Below the pieces are notes generated by a model. It had not been told where the DNA came from and did no database searches. It saw only the letters and a program-made list of their open reading frames with translations. Made by a program: the position numbers and the translations under genes. Shown piece after piece: positions 36,987 through 47,219 of a stretch of 64,000 nt of DNA. Each line of letters starts with the position of its first letter. The stretch's first letter is position 1. Origin of the DNA: Allosphingosinicella sp. (GTDB lineage: Bacteria; Pseudomonadota; Alphaproteobacteria; Sphingomonadales; Sphingomonadaceae); the NCBI GenBank assembly GCA_035316145.1, contig DATHJO010000015.1:9272-73271 (forward strand). The letters run 5' to 3'.

Positions 36987-37523
36987 ATGATGCGTAAGCT
37001 GATTCTTGCTGCCGCCGTCGCGGCCGTTGCCGTGCCGATCGCGGCTGCCCCCGCCGACGCGCAAGGGCGCAACGAGCGCCGCGAGGCGCGCGAATGCCAG
37101 CGCGAGCTGCGCAACGCCGACACCCGCCGCGAATATCGCCGCGAGCGCCGCGAATGCGCGCGCGAGCTTCAGCAGGCGCGCGTCCGCGACTGGCGCCAGT
37201 ACAACCGCTACGATTATAACCGGCCCCCGGCCGGCGGCTATTATTACGCCGACGATTATTATCGCGACGGCCGTTATTATCGCGAGCGCCAGCTGAGCTA
37301 CAACGACCGCATCTATCGCGGTCGCGACGGGCGCTATTATTGCCGCCGCGACGACGGCACCACCGGCCTCATCATCGGCGCCGGCGTCGGCGCGCTGATC
37401 GGCAACTCGATCGACAACGGCCGTTCCAGCGTGCTCGGCACGATCCTCGGCGCCGCCGCCGGCGGCGCGATCGGCCGCGAGATCGACCGCAGCGACGGCC
37501 GGCGCGACCTGCGCTGCCGCTAG
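36987..37523 (+). CDS. Secreted glycine-zipper (17-kDa antigen-like) protein with Arg/Glu-rich Cys motif
   Basis: AAAGGAG SD, signal peptide MMRKLILAAAVAAVAVPIAAAPADA, GLIIGAGVGALIGNSI...GTILGAAAGGAIG. Confidence 0.75.
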   Translation: MMRKLILAAAVAAVAVPIAAAPADAQGRNERREARECQRELRNADTRREYRRERRECARELQQARVRDWRQYNRYDYNRPPAGGYYYADDYYRDGRYYRERQLSYNDRIYRGRDGRYYCRRDDGTTGLIIGAGVGALIGNSIDNGRSSVLGTILGAAAGGAIGREIDRSDGRRDLRCR

Positions 37524-37544
37524 GCTTTCGCCTGATTGCGAGGA

Positions 37545-37575
37545 GGGGCGCCCTTCGGGGCGCCCTTTTTTTTTG
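37545..37575 (+). terminator. Rho-independent terminator
   Basis: GGGGCGCCC-ttcg-GGGCGCCC followed by T9. Confidence 0.85.
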
Positions 37576-37684
37576 CCTAAACGCCGGATGAACCGGACGT
37601 AGTTTTGAGTTCATGCAACAGCTGCATGATCCCGGTCGTTCCGACTCCGCGTCCGCGGGTTCGGACGGAAAGGAGTATCAAATC

Positions 37685-37993
37685 ATGCGTTTCCTCATTC
37701 TCGCCGCGGCGGCCGGGGCCGTCGCCCTCCCCGCCGGCGCCGCCAGCGCCCAATATCATGGCCAGGGTTATGGCAATGGCTACGGCTACGGCAACAACCG
37801 CGTCCGCCAGGAATATCGCGAGTGCCAGCGCGAGCTTCGCCGCGCCGACAGCCGGCGCGAATATCGGCGCGAACTGCGCGAATGCCGGCGCGAGATCGCC
37901 GAGGCCCGCCGTCATTCCCGCTACGGATACGGCGACCGCGACGACCGCGCCCGCCGCTATTGGGACGGCTATCGCTGGCGCTACGGTTATTGA
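37685..37993 (+). CDS. Secreted Arg/Tyr/Gly-rich small protein, N-terminal paralog of the preceding gene
   Basis: GGAAAGGAG SD, signal peptide MRFLILAAAAGAVALPAGAASA. ECQRELRRADSRREYRRELRECRREI parallels ECQRELRNADTRREYRRERRECAREL. Confidence 0.65.
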   Translation: MRFLILAAAAGAVALPAGAASAQYHGQGYGNGYGYGNNRVRQEYRECQRELRRADSRREYRRELRECRREIAEARRHSRYGYGDRDDRARRYWDGYRWRYGY

Positions 37994-38028
37994 GCCGCAG
38001 CGATAAGGGTTGACTCGGCCGGTCATTG

Positions 38029-38055
38029 ATGCGGAAATCCCCCTTCGGCATGACG
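38029..38055 (+). terminator. Strong hairpin (possible terminator or RNA-stability element)
   Basis: CCCCCTTCGGC-atgac-GCCGAAGGGGG, an 11-bp perfect stem with no T-tract. Confidence 0.4.
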
Positions 38056-38074
38056 CCGAAGGGGGGATGCATCG

Positions 38075-38632
38075 ATGGCCGGATCTCTGTTCTCGATGGC
38101 AAATCTGGCGCGGATCGCAAAGGTGATCGCGCTGCTGCTGTTCGTTCTGCCCTGGGTGACGATCTCCTGCGCGGAGCAGCCGCTGATCACGATGAGCGGG
38201 GTCGACCTCGCCACCGGCCATGTCATGATGCACAATCCTATGACCGGCGCCACCGAAAGCCCGCCGGGCGCCAGTGGCGGCGACATCTGGGTGATCCTGG
38301 CCGCATTGCTGATCCTCGCCGGGCTGGCGGCAAGCTTCGTGCTCAAGGGAAGGAACGGCCTGATCGCCAACATGGCCGGCGCCGGCCTGGCCGCGGCCGC
38401 GCTCGCCTACACCGTCCTCGTCCGCATCCCCCACGAGGCCCGTAGCGGCAACGCCGCCGGCGCGGCCTCATCCGGCGGCCCGAGCCCGGAGCAGATCGCG
38501 CAGATGATCCAGGTCAAGGTGCAGATCGGCTTCTGGCTGACCTTGCTGGCATTGGTCGCGGCGATCGTGCTCGATGTCCTGGCGATGAAGCGATCTGCCC
38601 CTGCCGCTGCCGCCGTCGGCGAGGGGCCTTAG
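38075..38632 (+). CDS. Hypothetical integral membrane protein
   Basis: 185 aa, 4 TM segments, high GC3. Confidence 0.6.
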   Translation: MAGSLFSMANLARIAKVIALLLFVLPWVTISCAEQPLITMSGVDLATGHVMMHNPMTGATESPPGASGGDIWVILAALLILAGLAASFVLKGRNGLIANMAGAGLAAAALAYTVLVRIPHEARSGNAAGAASSGGPSPEQIAQMIQVKVQIGFWLTLLALVAAIVLDVLAMKRSAPAAAAVGEGP

Positions 38633-39306
38633 GCCAGCATCGTCTCGGCCCTGGCGAGAGCGGCCGCGTCGTCGACGTCGAGCCAGCGCAGCCCGGTGAC
38701 GTCGATCGTCGCCGCGCTGCCGGCGTCGGCGAGCCGCTGGACGCCTTCGGACAGGCTGCCGCCGGCGCCGATCGCCGCGGCCAGCGCCGGGGTCGCGCGG
38801 AACAAGCCGGTGTCGATCGCGTCATAGGTCTCGAGCGTCTTGCCGATCCGCACAATCGCGCCGCTCGCGCCGGTCTCGACCTTGGTGGCATCGTCCAGGT
38901 CGAGCAGCGGCCCGGCGAGATCGCGGTCGACCGCGAGCGTCAGCGCGGCTGCCGGCGCCTCGATCAGGCGCCGGACGATGGCGGGGTCGAAGAGATGGTC
39001 GGACATCGCCAGCAAATAGTCGCCGGCGATTGCGGCAGCACCGGCCAGCACCGAGTGGCCGTTGGGAAGGTCCCAATCCATCACCCGCACGGTGCGGATG
39101 GGAAAGGCCGTCAGCGCGGCAAGGAACGCCTCGAGCCGCGCCGCCTCGTGGCCGGTCACGACCGTGAACGCGCGCGCGCCGCCCGCGGCGGCGGCGCGGA
39201 TCACATGCTCGATCAGCGGCACGCCGGCCACCGGCGTCAGCGGCTTGGAAGGCGAGATCGCGCGCAGCCGGCTGCCATGGCCGGCGGCGATGATCAGGCA
39301 GTTCAT
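38629..39306 (-). CDS. NTP-transferase (nucleotidyltransferase; candidate CTP:inositol-1-phosphate cytidylyltransferase)
   Basis: MNCLIIAAGHGSRL...KPL is the G-x-G-x-R-L/K-P-L nucleotidyltransferase signature. ATGA overlap with the inositol-phosphate synthase stop. Confidence 0.75.
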   Translation of the reverse strand: MNCLIIAAGHGSRLRAISPSKPLTPVAGVPLIEHVIRAAAAGGARAFTVVTGHEAARLEAFLAALTAFPIRTVRVMDWDLPNGHSVLAGAAAIAGDYLLAMSDHLFDPAIVRRLIEAPAAALTLAVDRDLAGPLLDLDDATKVETGASGAIVRIGKTLETYDAIDTGLFRATPALAAAIGAGGSLSEGVQRLADAGSAATIDVTGLRWLDVDDAAALARAETMLA

Positions 39307-40403
39307 TCGGCGGCCAGCGCCTCGCCGGCGATGAACTCCTCGGTCAGCTGGGCGGCGACGTCGTCGCTGAACTGCTGGGGCGGGTGCTTGCAGAAGAAGG
39401 CGGATGGGCCGGTGAGGACGCCGCCGATGCCGCGGTCGAGCGCGACCTTACAGCAGCGGATCGCGTCGACCACCACCGCCGCGCTGTTCGGGCTGTCCTC
39501 GACCGAGAGGCGCAGCTCGAGGTTCATCGGCACCTCGCCGAACAGATTGCCCTCGACCCGGAGGAAGCAGAGCTTGTTGTCGTTGAGCCAGGGGATGTAG
39601 TCCGATGGGCCGATGTGGATGTCCTCTTCGGACAGCCGGTCGGCCAGCGTCGACTGGACCGCCTCGGTCTTCGACTCCTTCTTCGAGGCGAGCCGGCCGC
39701 GGTCGAGCATGTTCATGAAGTCGGTGTTGCCGCCGGTGTTGAGCTGGTAGGTCCGGCTCATCTGGACGCCGCGCGCGCGCAACAGGCTGGAGAGGACGCG
39801 GTGGACGATGGTCGCGCCCAGTTGCGCCTTGATGTCGTCGCCGACGATCGGCAGCTTCTTGTCGCGGAAGCGCTTCTCCCACCGGGGATCGCTGGCGATG
39901 AACACCGGCATGCAATTGACCACCGCCAGCCCGGCCTTTAGCGCGCACTCCATGTAGAAGCGGGTCGCTTCCTCCGAGCCGACCGGCAAATAGTTGACCA
40001 GCACTTCGGCGCCCGACGCTTTCAGCGCGGCGACGACCTCGTCCTCGCTCGCCTCGGTTTCGTCGGCGCGAATGAAGCCGCGCTCGCCATAGCTCTCCAT
40101 GTGCGGCGCCATCCCGTCGAGCACCTTACCCATCCGCACGATGATGCCGGTCTGCGGGATCTCGCTTTGAAACACCGCCGTGCAATTGGGCATCGCGAAG
40201 ATCGCCTCGCCCAAATCCTTGCCGACTTTGCGCGCATCGGTGTCGAACGCCGCAACCACCTCGATGTCCGACAGGCCGTAGCCGCCGAGACGCTCGTGCA
40301 TCAGCCCGCCCGGCGCCTGGCGCCCCGCATAAAAATACAGCCCCTGCACCAGGGAGCTTGCGCAATTGCCGATGCCGACCAGCGCCACGTTGATCTTGTT
40401 CAT
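39303..40403 (-). CDS. myo-Inositol-1-phosphate (inositol-3-phosphate) synthase
   Basis: 366 aa from the internal ATG: MNKINVALVGIGNCASSLVQG...VLVNYLPVGS...IVGDDIKAQLGAT...NTGGNTDF...SKK. Confidence 0.9.
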   Translation of the reverse strand: MNKINVALVGIGNCASSLVQGLYFYAGRQAPGGLMHERLGGYGLSDIEVVAAFDTDARKVGKDLGEAIFAMPNCTAVFQSEIPQTGIIVRMGKVLDGMAPHMESYGERGFIRADETEASEDEVVAALKASGAEVLVNYLPVGSEEATRFYMECALKAGLAVVNCMPVFIASDPRWEKRFRDKKLPIVGDDIKAQLGATIVHRVLSSLLRARGVQMSRTYQLNTGGNTDFMNMLDRGRLASKKESKTEAVQSTLADRLSEEDIHIGPSDYIPWLNDNKLCFLRVEGNLFGEVPMNLELRLSVEDSPNSAAVVVDAIRCCKVALDRGIGGVLTGPSAFFCKHPPQQFSDDVAAQLTEEFIAGEALAAE

Positions 40404-40485
40404 GTTTCTCCGGTTCTTCTGGCTGGGCCCGAGGGACCCGCGCGTCCTCATATGCTCGTCACTATCTCCGGGGAAGTCAATATTC

Positions 40486-41451
40486 CTATGCTGCATTGCG
40501 GAAACGCGCGCTTGGCCGGGGCAGCAGCAGCGAGGCGATGACGTAGACGATCCACACCGTCCCGACCCCCGCATAGATGCTGAGCGCGATCCGTTCGAGC
40601 CCGGCGATGATCAGCACCATGTAGAGGAAGGCGAAGCAGTCGCGGCTGGTCAGCGTCTGCACCCCCCAATAGACCAGATCGACAAGGTTGCGGACCCGGC
40701 CGTTGCGCTTGAACAGGTCGAAGCCGAGCGGGCCGCCGCCGGCGCGCACCCGCCAGGCGATCAGCATCCCGCCGAGGATCGACAGGGTGACCGCCCAGCC
40801 GCCGATCCAGCCGATCACGTCGTGGTCGCGCAGCGCGAGGTGGATGGCCAGGGCGGAGACGAACAGCAGATTGGTGGCGATGTCGACCGCGCTGTCCATC
40901 GTCGCGCCCGCCTTCGAGGTGCGGAAGGTCGCCCGGGCCATCTCGCCGTCGACGCCGTCGAGGATCGAGGCGGCCTGGAACAGGATGCCGCCGAGCACGA
41001 GCCCTCCCCGCCCGCCGAGCAGCAGGATCGGAACCATGGCGAGCGCCAGGAGGGCGTTGACGAGGGTGACGTGAATCGGCCGCGCGCCGGGGATGGCGAG
41101 GGCGAGCAGGGTGAGGCGCTGCGAGATCGGCCGGTTCAGCAAGCGCGAGACGAGGCCGTCGCCGGGCTTGCCGGTGGCGCGGACGATCTCCCAGGAGGTG
41201 GGCAGGGGGAAAGCCGGGCCCTCGCCGCGCCCGACCGCCACCGCCGCGGCGCCGCGCAGCCGCTCGATATCCTCGATCGTGGCCGGCGCCAGCGGCGCGC
41301 CGTCGCCGATCAGCAGCCGGACCTGGCCGGCCCCGCCCTCGGCCAGCGCCTTGACCGCCCGCGCGGCCGCGGCGACGCCGGCAATCCTGCGGTCCGCATC
41401 GCCGGCGGAAGCGAAAGCGGCCACGGCAGCCTCGGATTTTTCGCTTCCCAT
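40486..41451 (-). CDS. CDP-alcohol phosphatidyltransferase family protein with ~100-aa N-terminal extension
   Basis: DGVDGEMAR...DSAVD motif (D-G-x2-A-R...G-x3-D-x3-D), multiple TM segments. Start uncertain (41451-41571). Confidence 0.75.
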   Translation of the reverse strand: MGSEKSEAAVAAFASAGDADRRIAGVAAAARAVKALAEGGAGQVRLLIGDGAPLAPATIEDIERLRGAAAVAVGRGEGPAFPLPTSWEIVRATGKPGDGLVSRLLNRPISQRLTLLALAIPGARPIHVTLVNALLALAMVPILLLGGRGGLVLGGILFQAASILDGVDGEMARATFRTSKAGATMDSAVDIATNLLFVSALAIHLALRDHDVIGWIGGWAVTLSILGGMLIAWRVRAGGGPLGFDLFKRNGRVRNLVDLVYWGVQTLTSRDCFAFLYMVLIIAGLERIALSIYAGVGTVWIVYVIASLLLPRPSARFRNAA

Positions 41452-41515
41452 CGGGCGGCTCCTTACCGCAAGGAACGGTTCGAACCCGCTTTTTGACCAG
41501 AAAGGAGGCCGGATC

Positions 41516-42400
41516 ATGGCAACGGCGCGCGCCGATCCCGGCCGGCCGCGCGAGCTGGAGGATCCGCTCAACCTGTTCGTCTATCATCCGCTCGCCGCGC
41601 GGCTGGCGCGGCTGCTGGTGCCGACCGGCATCTCGCCCAATTTGGTCTCGGTCGGCAGCGCGCTTTGCCTGCTCGCGGCGACTTGGTCCTTCGTCGCGCT
41701 GACGCCGCCGGCCAACTGGTCGGTCGGGCTTTTCTTCATGCTGCTCTGGCATGTCGTCGACGGCGCCGACGGCGATCTCGCGCGGATGACCGCGCGAGCC
41801 TCGGCGACCGGCGAGCTGGTCGACGGGGTCTGCGACATTTTCGGCAATGTGGTGATGTATTTCGCCTTCGCCTTCTGGCTCGACGACACGATGGGCGGCT
41901 GGGCCTGGGCGCTCGCTTGGAGCGCGGGCGGCAGCCACGTCCTGCAGCTCAACCATTCGGAAACCCAGCGCCGGCTCTATCAGTGGCGGGTCTATGGCAA
42001 GCCCTGGCTCGGCATAGCCGTGGAAAGCGGCGACGCCGTCTTCCGCCGTGAGAGCTGGTTCAGCCGCTGGTTCTCCTTCTGGGCGGTCGGCTATATCTGG
42101 CTGTCAAAGCGCATGACCGGCAAGTCCAGCCCGATCGACGAGGCGCTCGCTGCTGCCGGGCCGGAGGCGGGCGAGCGCATCCGCGCCATCGTCCGCCGCC
42201 ACGCCGGGCTTTCACTACTCCTCGAAAAGGCGCTGGGCGGCAATCCCAAGACCTTCATCATCGCCGCGAGCGTGGCGCTCGGCGGGCCCACCCTCTATTT
42301 CATGACGACGCTGCTGCCGCTGAATCTCATCCTCCTGATCTCGCTCGGCCACCACAAAAGGATGGAGCGCCGGATCATCGCCGAGATCAGCGCCGGCTGA
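41516..42400 (+). CDS. CDP-alcohol phosphatidyltransferase family protein (second copy)
   Basis: AAAGGAGG SD. DGADGDLAR...GELVDGVCD motif, multiple TM segments. Confidence 0.8.
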   Translation: MATARADPGRPRELEDPLNLFVYHPLAARLARLLVPTGISPNLVSVGSALCLLAATWSFVALTPPANWSVGLFFMLLWHVVDGADGDLARMTARASATGELVDGVCDIFGNVVMYFAFAFWLDDTMGGWAWALAWSAGGSHVLQLNHSETQRRLYQWRVYGKPWLGIAVESGDAVFRRESWFSRWFSFWAVGYIWLSKRMTGKSSPIDEALAAAGPEAGERIRAIVRRHAGLSLLLEKALGGNPKTFIIAASVALGGPTLYFMTTLLPLNLILLISLGHHKRMERRIIAEISAG

Positions 42401-43514
42401 GGCGCGCTTCGAGGAACGCCGCGATCTTCTCCGCCCGCCGGTCCCAGGTCAGCTCCTGCGCCTGAGCCAATGCGGCGGCGCCGAGGCGCGCCGCCAGCGC
42501 CGGATCGTTCAGCATCCGGTCGAGCGCCGCTGCCGCCGCCCGGGGATCGCCGGGTGGCACCAGCAGCGCGTTCTCGCCGTCGCTCAGCAGCTCGGCGGTG
42601 TCGGGCGCGGCCGGCGCGAGGATCGGGCGGCCCGCGGCGAGATAGGAGAAGAGCTTCATCGGCAGGATACAATTGCGGAACTGCTCGAGCGGCGCCCGCG
42701 ACGGCGGGATCAGCAGCGCGTCGGCGGCATGGAGCCAGGCGGGCAGGTCCGCCGGCGCCTGCCACGGCACGATCCGGACGTTGGCGCGCGCCGCCGCTTC
42801 GGCCTCGATCACTCCCTCGCCCTCAGATCCGACCAGCACGAACAGGATTTCGGGGCGCAGGTCGGCCAGCGCCAGGATCTGGTCGAGCCCCTTCTCCTCG
42901 TTCACCCGCCCGGTATAGAGCGCGACCGGCCGATCCGCCGGCAGCCCAAGCTGGTTTCGGGTCGCCACCCGCATCGGCTGCGGGTCGGCGCCGTTATGGG
43001 CGACCAGCAGCTTGTCTTCGGGGACCCCGGCGCGGCGATAGGAATCGACCGCATAATGGGAATGGAGGATGAGGCCCAGGCAGCGGGTGTGGCGCGCGGT
43101 CCGCCGGACGAGCGGCCGGATCCATGGCCAGTCGTCGGGCCAGGGCCGGTACTGATCGGTGGCGAAGGGAACCGGCGAGCGCCGGCCGATGCCGAGCATC
43201 GCCGGAATGCGCGAATAGAGCAGATCCACTTCGGCCAAGAGCGGATCGCGAAAGACCTGGCGCAGCCACAGCATAGACCGGACCAGCGCCTCGCCCGCCC
43301 AGCGGCTCGGCCGCTGCACCACCTTGAAATCCCCCTCGACCGCGAACCAGGCGCGCAGCGCGTCGGCCGAGAGCGCGGGATCGCCCGGCGCCCGCGGCAG
43401 CAGCAGCGTCACCGCCACCCCGCGGCGCGCCAGCGCGGCGGCGGTGCTCACCGATTGCGCGCGGTCCGCCTTGCGGTCGGGCCGCGACCAGAGCAGGGGA
43501 TAGACGAGCCGCAT
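42387..43514 (-). CDS. GT4-family (GT-B) glycosyltransferase
   Basis: 375 aa from the internal ATG. C-terminal ...LIPPS...E.F....[16 protein letters not shown]...L (E-x7-E-like GT4 region). Confidence 0.8.
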   Translation of the reverse strand: MRLVYPLLWSRPDRKADRAQSVSTAAALARRGVAVTLLLPRAPGDPALSADALRAWFAVEGDFKVVQRPSRWAGEALVRSMLWLRQVFRDPLLAEVDLLYSRIPAMLGIGRRSPVPFATDQYRPWPDDWPWIRPLVRRTARHTRCLGLILHSHYAVDSYRRAGVPEDKLLVAHNGADPQPMRVATRNQLGLPADRPVALYTGRVNEEKGLDQILALADLRPEILFVLVGSEGEGVIEAEAAARANVRIVPWQAPADLPAWLHAADALLIPPSRAPLEQFRNCILPMKLFSYLAAGRPILAPAAPDTAELLSDGENALLVPPGDPRAAAAALDRMLNDPALAARLGAAALAQAQELTWDRRAEKIAAFLEARLSRR

Positions 43515-43555
43515 CGCCCCTTGGTCTTCCGTCTCGCCCACCGATACAAGGGGGG

Positions 43556-44716
43556 ATGGCCGATCCCTCCTTTCACGACGTGCTGATCGTCGGCGCCGGC
43601 CATGGCGGGGCGCAGGCCGCGATTTCACTGCGGCAATTGGGATATGCCGGCAGCGTCGCCATCGCCGGCGCCGAGCCCGATCCTCCCTACGAGCGACCGC
43701 CGCTCTCCAAGGACTATCTCGCCGGCGAGAAGGAGTATGAGCGGCTGCTGATTCGCGCTCCCGGCTTTTGGCCGGAGCGCGGCGTGACCCTGCTCCCCGG
43801 CCGCACCGTCACCGCGGTCGATCCGGCCGCGCACCAGGCCACCTGCGCCGACGGCTCGGTCCTCGGCTACGGCAAGCTGATCTGGGCCGCGGGCGGCGTG
43901 CCGCGCCGGCTGCCGGGCGGCGGCCTCGCCATCCGCAGCCGCGCCGACGTCGACGCGCTGAGGGCCGCGCTCCCCGCTGCGAAGCGGGTGGCGATCGTCG
44001 GCGGCGGCTATGTCGGGCTCGAGGCGGCGGCGGTGTTGAGGAAGCTCGGCAAGGAGGTGGTCGTCCTCGAAGCGCTCGATCGCCTGCTCGCCCGCGTCGC
44101 CGGGGAGCCGCTGTCGCGTTTCTACGAGGCCGAGCACCGCGCCCATGGCGTCGAGATCCGTTTGAACGCCGCCGGGGAAACGGTTGCCGCCGATCTGACG
44201 ATCGTCGCGATCGGCATCGACGCCGCGGCCGGGCCGCTGCTCGCCGCCGGCGCCGCGGGCGGCAACGGCGTCGACGTCGACGACTTTTGCCGGACCAGCC
44301 TGCCCGACATCTATGCGATTGGCGATTGCGCGGCGCACCTGAACCGCTTTGCCGGCGGCGCCCGGATCCGCCTCGAATCGGTCCAGAACGCCCACGACCA
44401 GGCGACCGTCGCCGCCAAATCGATCGTCGGCCGGCCCGAGCCCTACGCTGCCCTCCCCTGGTTCTGGTCGAACCAGTACGATCTGAAGCTCCAGACCGTC
44501 GGCCTGCTCCACGGCCACGACGATCTTCTCGTCCGCGGCGACCCCGCGACGCGCAGCTTTTCGGTCGTCTACCTTCGCGAGAGCCGGGTGATCGCGCTCG
44601 ACTGCGTCAACGCCATCAGGGACTATGTCCAGGGGCGCAAGCTGATTCTCGACGGCCGGGCGCTGGACAAAGCGCGGCTCGCCGACGCATCAATCCCGCT
44701 CAAGGAGCTCAGCTAG
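43556..44716 (+). CDS. FAD-dependent ferredoxin/rubredoxin-type NAD(P)H reductase
   Basis: [14 protein letters not shown]...YERPPLSK...[10 protein letters not shown]...IGDCA. Confidence 0.85.
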   Translation: MADPSFHDVLIVGAGHGGAQAAISLRQLGYAGSVAIAGAEPDPPYERPPLSKDYLAGEKEYERLLIRAPGFWPERGVTLLPGRTVTAVDPAAHQATCADGSVLGYGKLIWAAGGVPRRLPGGGLAIRSRADVDALRAALPAAKRVAIVGGGYVGLEAAAVLRKLGKEVVVLEALDRLLARVAGEPLSRFYEAEHRAHGVEIRLNAAGETVAADLTIVAIGIDAAAGPLLAAGAAGGNGVDVDDFCRTSLPDIYAIGDCAAHLNRFAGGARIRLESVQNAHDQATVAAKSIVGRPEPYAALPWFWSNQYDLKLQTVGLLHGHDDLLVRGDPATRSFSVVYLRESRVIALDCVNAIRDYVQGRKLILDGRALDKARLADASIPLKELS

Positions 44717-44717
44717 A

Positions 44718-45860
44718 ATGGCGATCGCCTGCGCCGCCGATTTCCGCGTCGAAGCGAGGAAGCGCCTGCCGCGCTTCCTGTTCGATTATATCGACGGCGG
44801 CGCCTATGGCGAGATCACGCTCAGGCGCAACGTCGCCGACCTCGCCGAGATCGCGCTGCGCCAGCGCGTCCTCGTCGACGTTTCGAAGATCGATCTCACC
44901 ACCCGGCTGTTCGGCTGCAACCTCGCCATGCCGGTGGCGTTGGGGCCGGTCGGCCTCACCGGCATGTACGCCCGCCGCGGCGAGGCGCAGGCGGCGCGCG
45001 CCGCTTCGGCCAAGGGCATCCCCTCCTGCCTCTCCAGCCTCTCGGTCTGCGGCCTCCGGGAAGTGACCGCGGCGAGCGGCGCCCCGGTCTGGTTCCAGCT
45101 CTATGTGATCAAGGACCGCGCCTATATGGCCGAGCTGCTCGCCGTCGCCCGCGAGGTCGGCTGCACGGCCCTCGTCTTCACCGTCGACCTGCCCGTCCCC
45201 GGCGCGCGCTATCGCGACGCCCATTCCGGCCTGACCGGGCCCGATGCCCGCCGGCGCCGGCTCGGCCAGGCGCTCACCCATCCGCGCTGGCTCTGGGACG
45301 TGGCGATCAGGGGCCGACCGCACAGCCTCGGCAATTTCGAGCCGGTGCTGGGTAAGGCGAGCGGGCTCGACGATTATGTCGGCTGGATCGGCCGCAATTT
45401 CGATGCCAGCATCGCCTGGCCGGACATCGCCTGGATCCGGTCGCACTGGGACGGGCCGCTGATCGTCAAGGGCGTGCTCGACCCCGAGGACGCGCGCGAG
45501 GCGGTCCGGCTCGGCGCCGACGGGATCGTCGTCTCCAACCATGGCGGCCGCCAATTGGACGGCGTCCTCTCCACCGCCCGGGCCTTGCCCGCCATCGCCG
45601 AGGCGGTGGGGGACGATTTAACCATTCTCGCCGACGGCGGCGTCCGTTCGGGCCTCGACGTGCTGCGCATGCTCGCGCTCGGCGCCAAGGGCGTTCTCCT
45701 CGGCCGCGCGTGGGCGTTCGCCCTGGCCGCGCGCGGCGAAGCCGGCGTCTGCCAATTGCTCGACATCGTCGAAGCCGAATTGCGGGTCGCCATGCAGCTC
45801 ACCGGCGTCACGTCGATCGACCGGATCGGCCGCGACATCCTGGCCCAGTACGGACCCTAG
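44718..45860 (+). CDS. lldD: FMN-dependent L-lactate / alpha-hydroxy-acid dehydrogenase
   Basis: 380 aa: [11 protein letters not shown]...[11 protein letters not shown]...[10 protein letters not shown]. Confidence 0.85.
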   Translation: MAIACAADFRVEARKRLPRFLFDYIDGGAYGEITLRRNVADLAEIALRQRVLVDVSKIDLTTRLFGCNLAMPVALGPVGLTGMYARRGEAQAARAASAKGIPSCLSSLSVCGLREVTAASGAPVWFQLYVIKDRAYMAELLAVAREVGCTALVFTVDLPVPGARYRDAHSGLTGPDARRRRLGQALTHPRWLWDVAIRGRPHSLGNFEPVLGKASGLDDYVGWIGRNFDASIAWPDIAWIRSHWDGPLIVKGVLDPEDAREAVRLGADGIVVSNHGGRQLDGVLSTARALPAIAEAVGDDLTILADGGVRSGLDVLRMLALGAKGVLLGRAWAFALAARGEAGVCQLLDIVEAELRVAMQLTGVTSIDRIGRDILAQYGP

Positions 45861-46294
45861 CGCCTCACGCAGATCGCCGAGGCGACGGCGCCCTTCTTGG
45901 CGGTGCCGTGATCGGCCGCCCGCATCACCGTGCCGACCAGGGCCTGGCGCTGGCCGACGCTGCCCGGCCAGGGCGCGACCGGATAAAAGATATAGTCGTA
46001 GACGAAGTCCGCGACCGGCGAGCCCGGCCGGCCCGTCCCCCGCGCGCGGATCACCGCGGGGCTGCCGCCGGCAGCGGCCTTGAAGCCGCCGGCCAGGTCC
46101 ATGACGGCGCCGCCGCCGAAGGACAGGGACGCGCGGAAACCCTGGGGTCCCTCGGCCGCCGCGGCGATCGTCAGCATGCCCTCGCCGAAGATCAGCCTGA
46201 GCGCCGCCTGCGGATCGCCGCTGACGGGCTGCGGGACGTTGTTGAAGCTGCGGTACGTCCAGACGCCTTCGAGCTTCTCGGCTGCGCTCGCCAT
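45857..46294 (-). CDS. Hypothetical protein
   Basis: 145 aa from the internal ATG with a GGGGAGGA SD. High GC3, no domain recognised. Confidence 0.5.
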   Translation of the reverse strand: MASAAEKLEGVWTYRSFNNVPQPVSGDPQAALRLIFGEGMLTIAAAAEGPQGFRASLSFGGGAVMDLAGGFKAAAGGSPAVIRARGTGRPGSPVADFVYDYIFYPVAPWPGSVGQRQALVGTVMRAADHGTAKKGAVASAICVRR

Positions 46295-46514
46295 GCGAGA
46301 TCCTCCCCTGGCAAGAGATCCAATGGCGGAACGTAGCGCGTCCCGCACCCGGGCGGGGGAACTAGCTGGACGACTTTGGCGCCATTTCGGTCCGGAGTCG
46401 CTCCTCGCCGGCAATGCAGCGAGATGCGCGTCTCGATGATCGCGGCCCAAGGCCAAGGCTCCGATCGCCCACGATTGACGGACCGGTCGGGGGGCGGCAG
46501 GGGGCAGGTTCAGG

Positions 46515-47219
46515 ATGATCAATTCCTCGCAAGCCTGGCGCGATCTCTTTTCGAAGGAGCGGGTGCTGTTGCTGTGGCTGCTTGTCGCCGCCGCGGCCTT
46601 GTTCGCGTTCCTTCGGCTCGCGTCGGAGGTCGGCGAGGGCGACACGATGGCGTTCGATCGCGCCATCCTGCTCGCTCTGCGGTCTCCCGCCGATCCGGCG
46701 ATCCCGATCGGACCGCACTGGCTGGTCGAGGCGATGCGCGATGTGACCGCCTTCGGCGGCGTGACCGGCCTGCTGCTCGTGACCGCGGCCGTGCTCGGCT
46801 ATCTGCTGATCTCCGGCCGGCCCCGGACCGCTCTGTTCGTTCTCGCCGCGACCGCCGGCGGCTCGGCGATCGGCAAGCTGCTCAAGCTGGCCTACGCCCG
46901 CCCGCGCCCGGGCCTGGTCCCCCATCTGGTCGACGTGACCTCGGCCAGCTTCCCGAGCGGGCACGCGGTCGATTCCGCGGTCGTCTATCTGACGCTCGCC
47001 GCCCTGATCGCGCGAACCGTGCCCGAGCGGGCGGTGCGCCTCTATCTGCTGAGCGCGGCGATGCTGCTGGCCCTGATGGTCGGCGTTTCCCGGGTCTATC
47101 TGGGCGTCCACTGGCCGAGCGACGTCGTCGCCGGCTGGACGTTCGGCGCAGGCTGGGCGCTGCTCTGTTCGCTCGCCTACCGGCGCCTCAACCCCGTGGG
47201 CGGCAAGTCGGCCGGATAG
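46515..47219 (+). CDS. PAP2-family phosphatase (membrane)
   Basis: KLAYARPRP...PSGH...SRVYLGVHWPSD (KxxxxxxRP / PSGH / SRxxxxxHxxxD). Confidence 0.9.
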   Translation: MINSSQAWRDLFSKERVLLLWLLVAAAALFAFLRLASEVGEGDTMAFDRAILLALRSPADPAIPIGPHWLVEAMRDVTAFGGVTGLLLVTAAVLGYLLISGRPRTALFVLAATAGGSAIGKLLKLAYARPRPGLVPHLVDVTSASFPSGHAVDSAVVYLTLAALIARTVPERAVRLYLLSAAMLLALMVGVSRVYLGVHWPSDVVAGWTFGAGWALLCSLAYRRLNPVGGKSAG

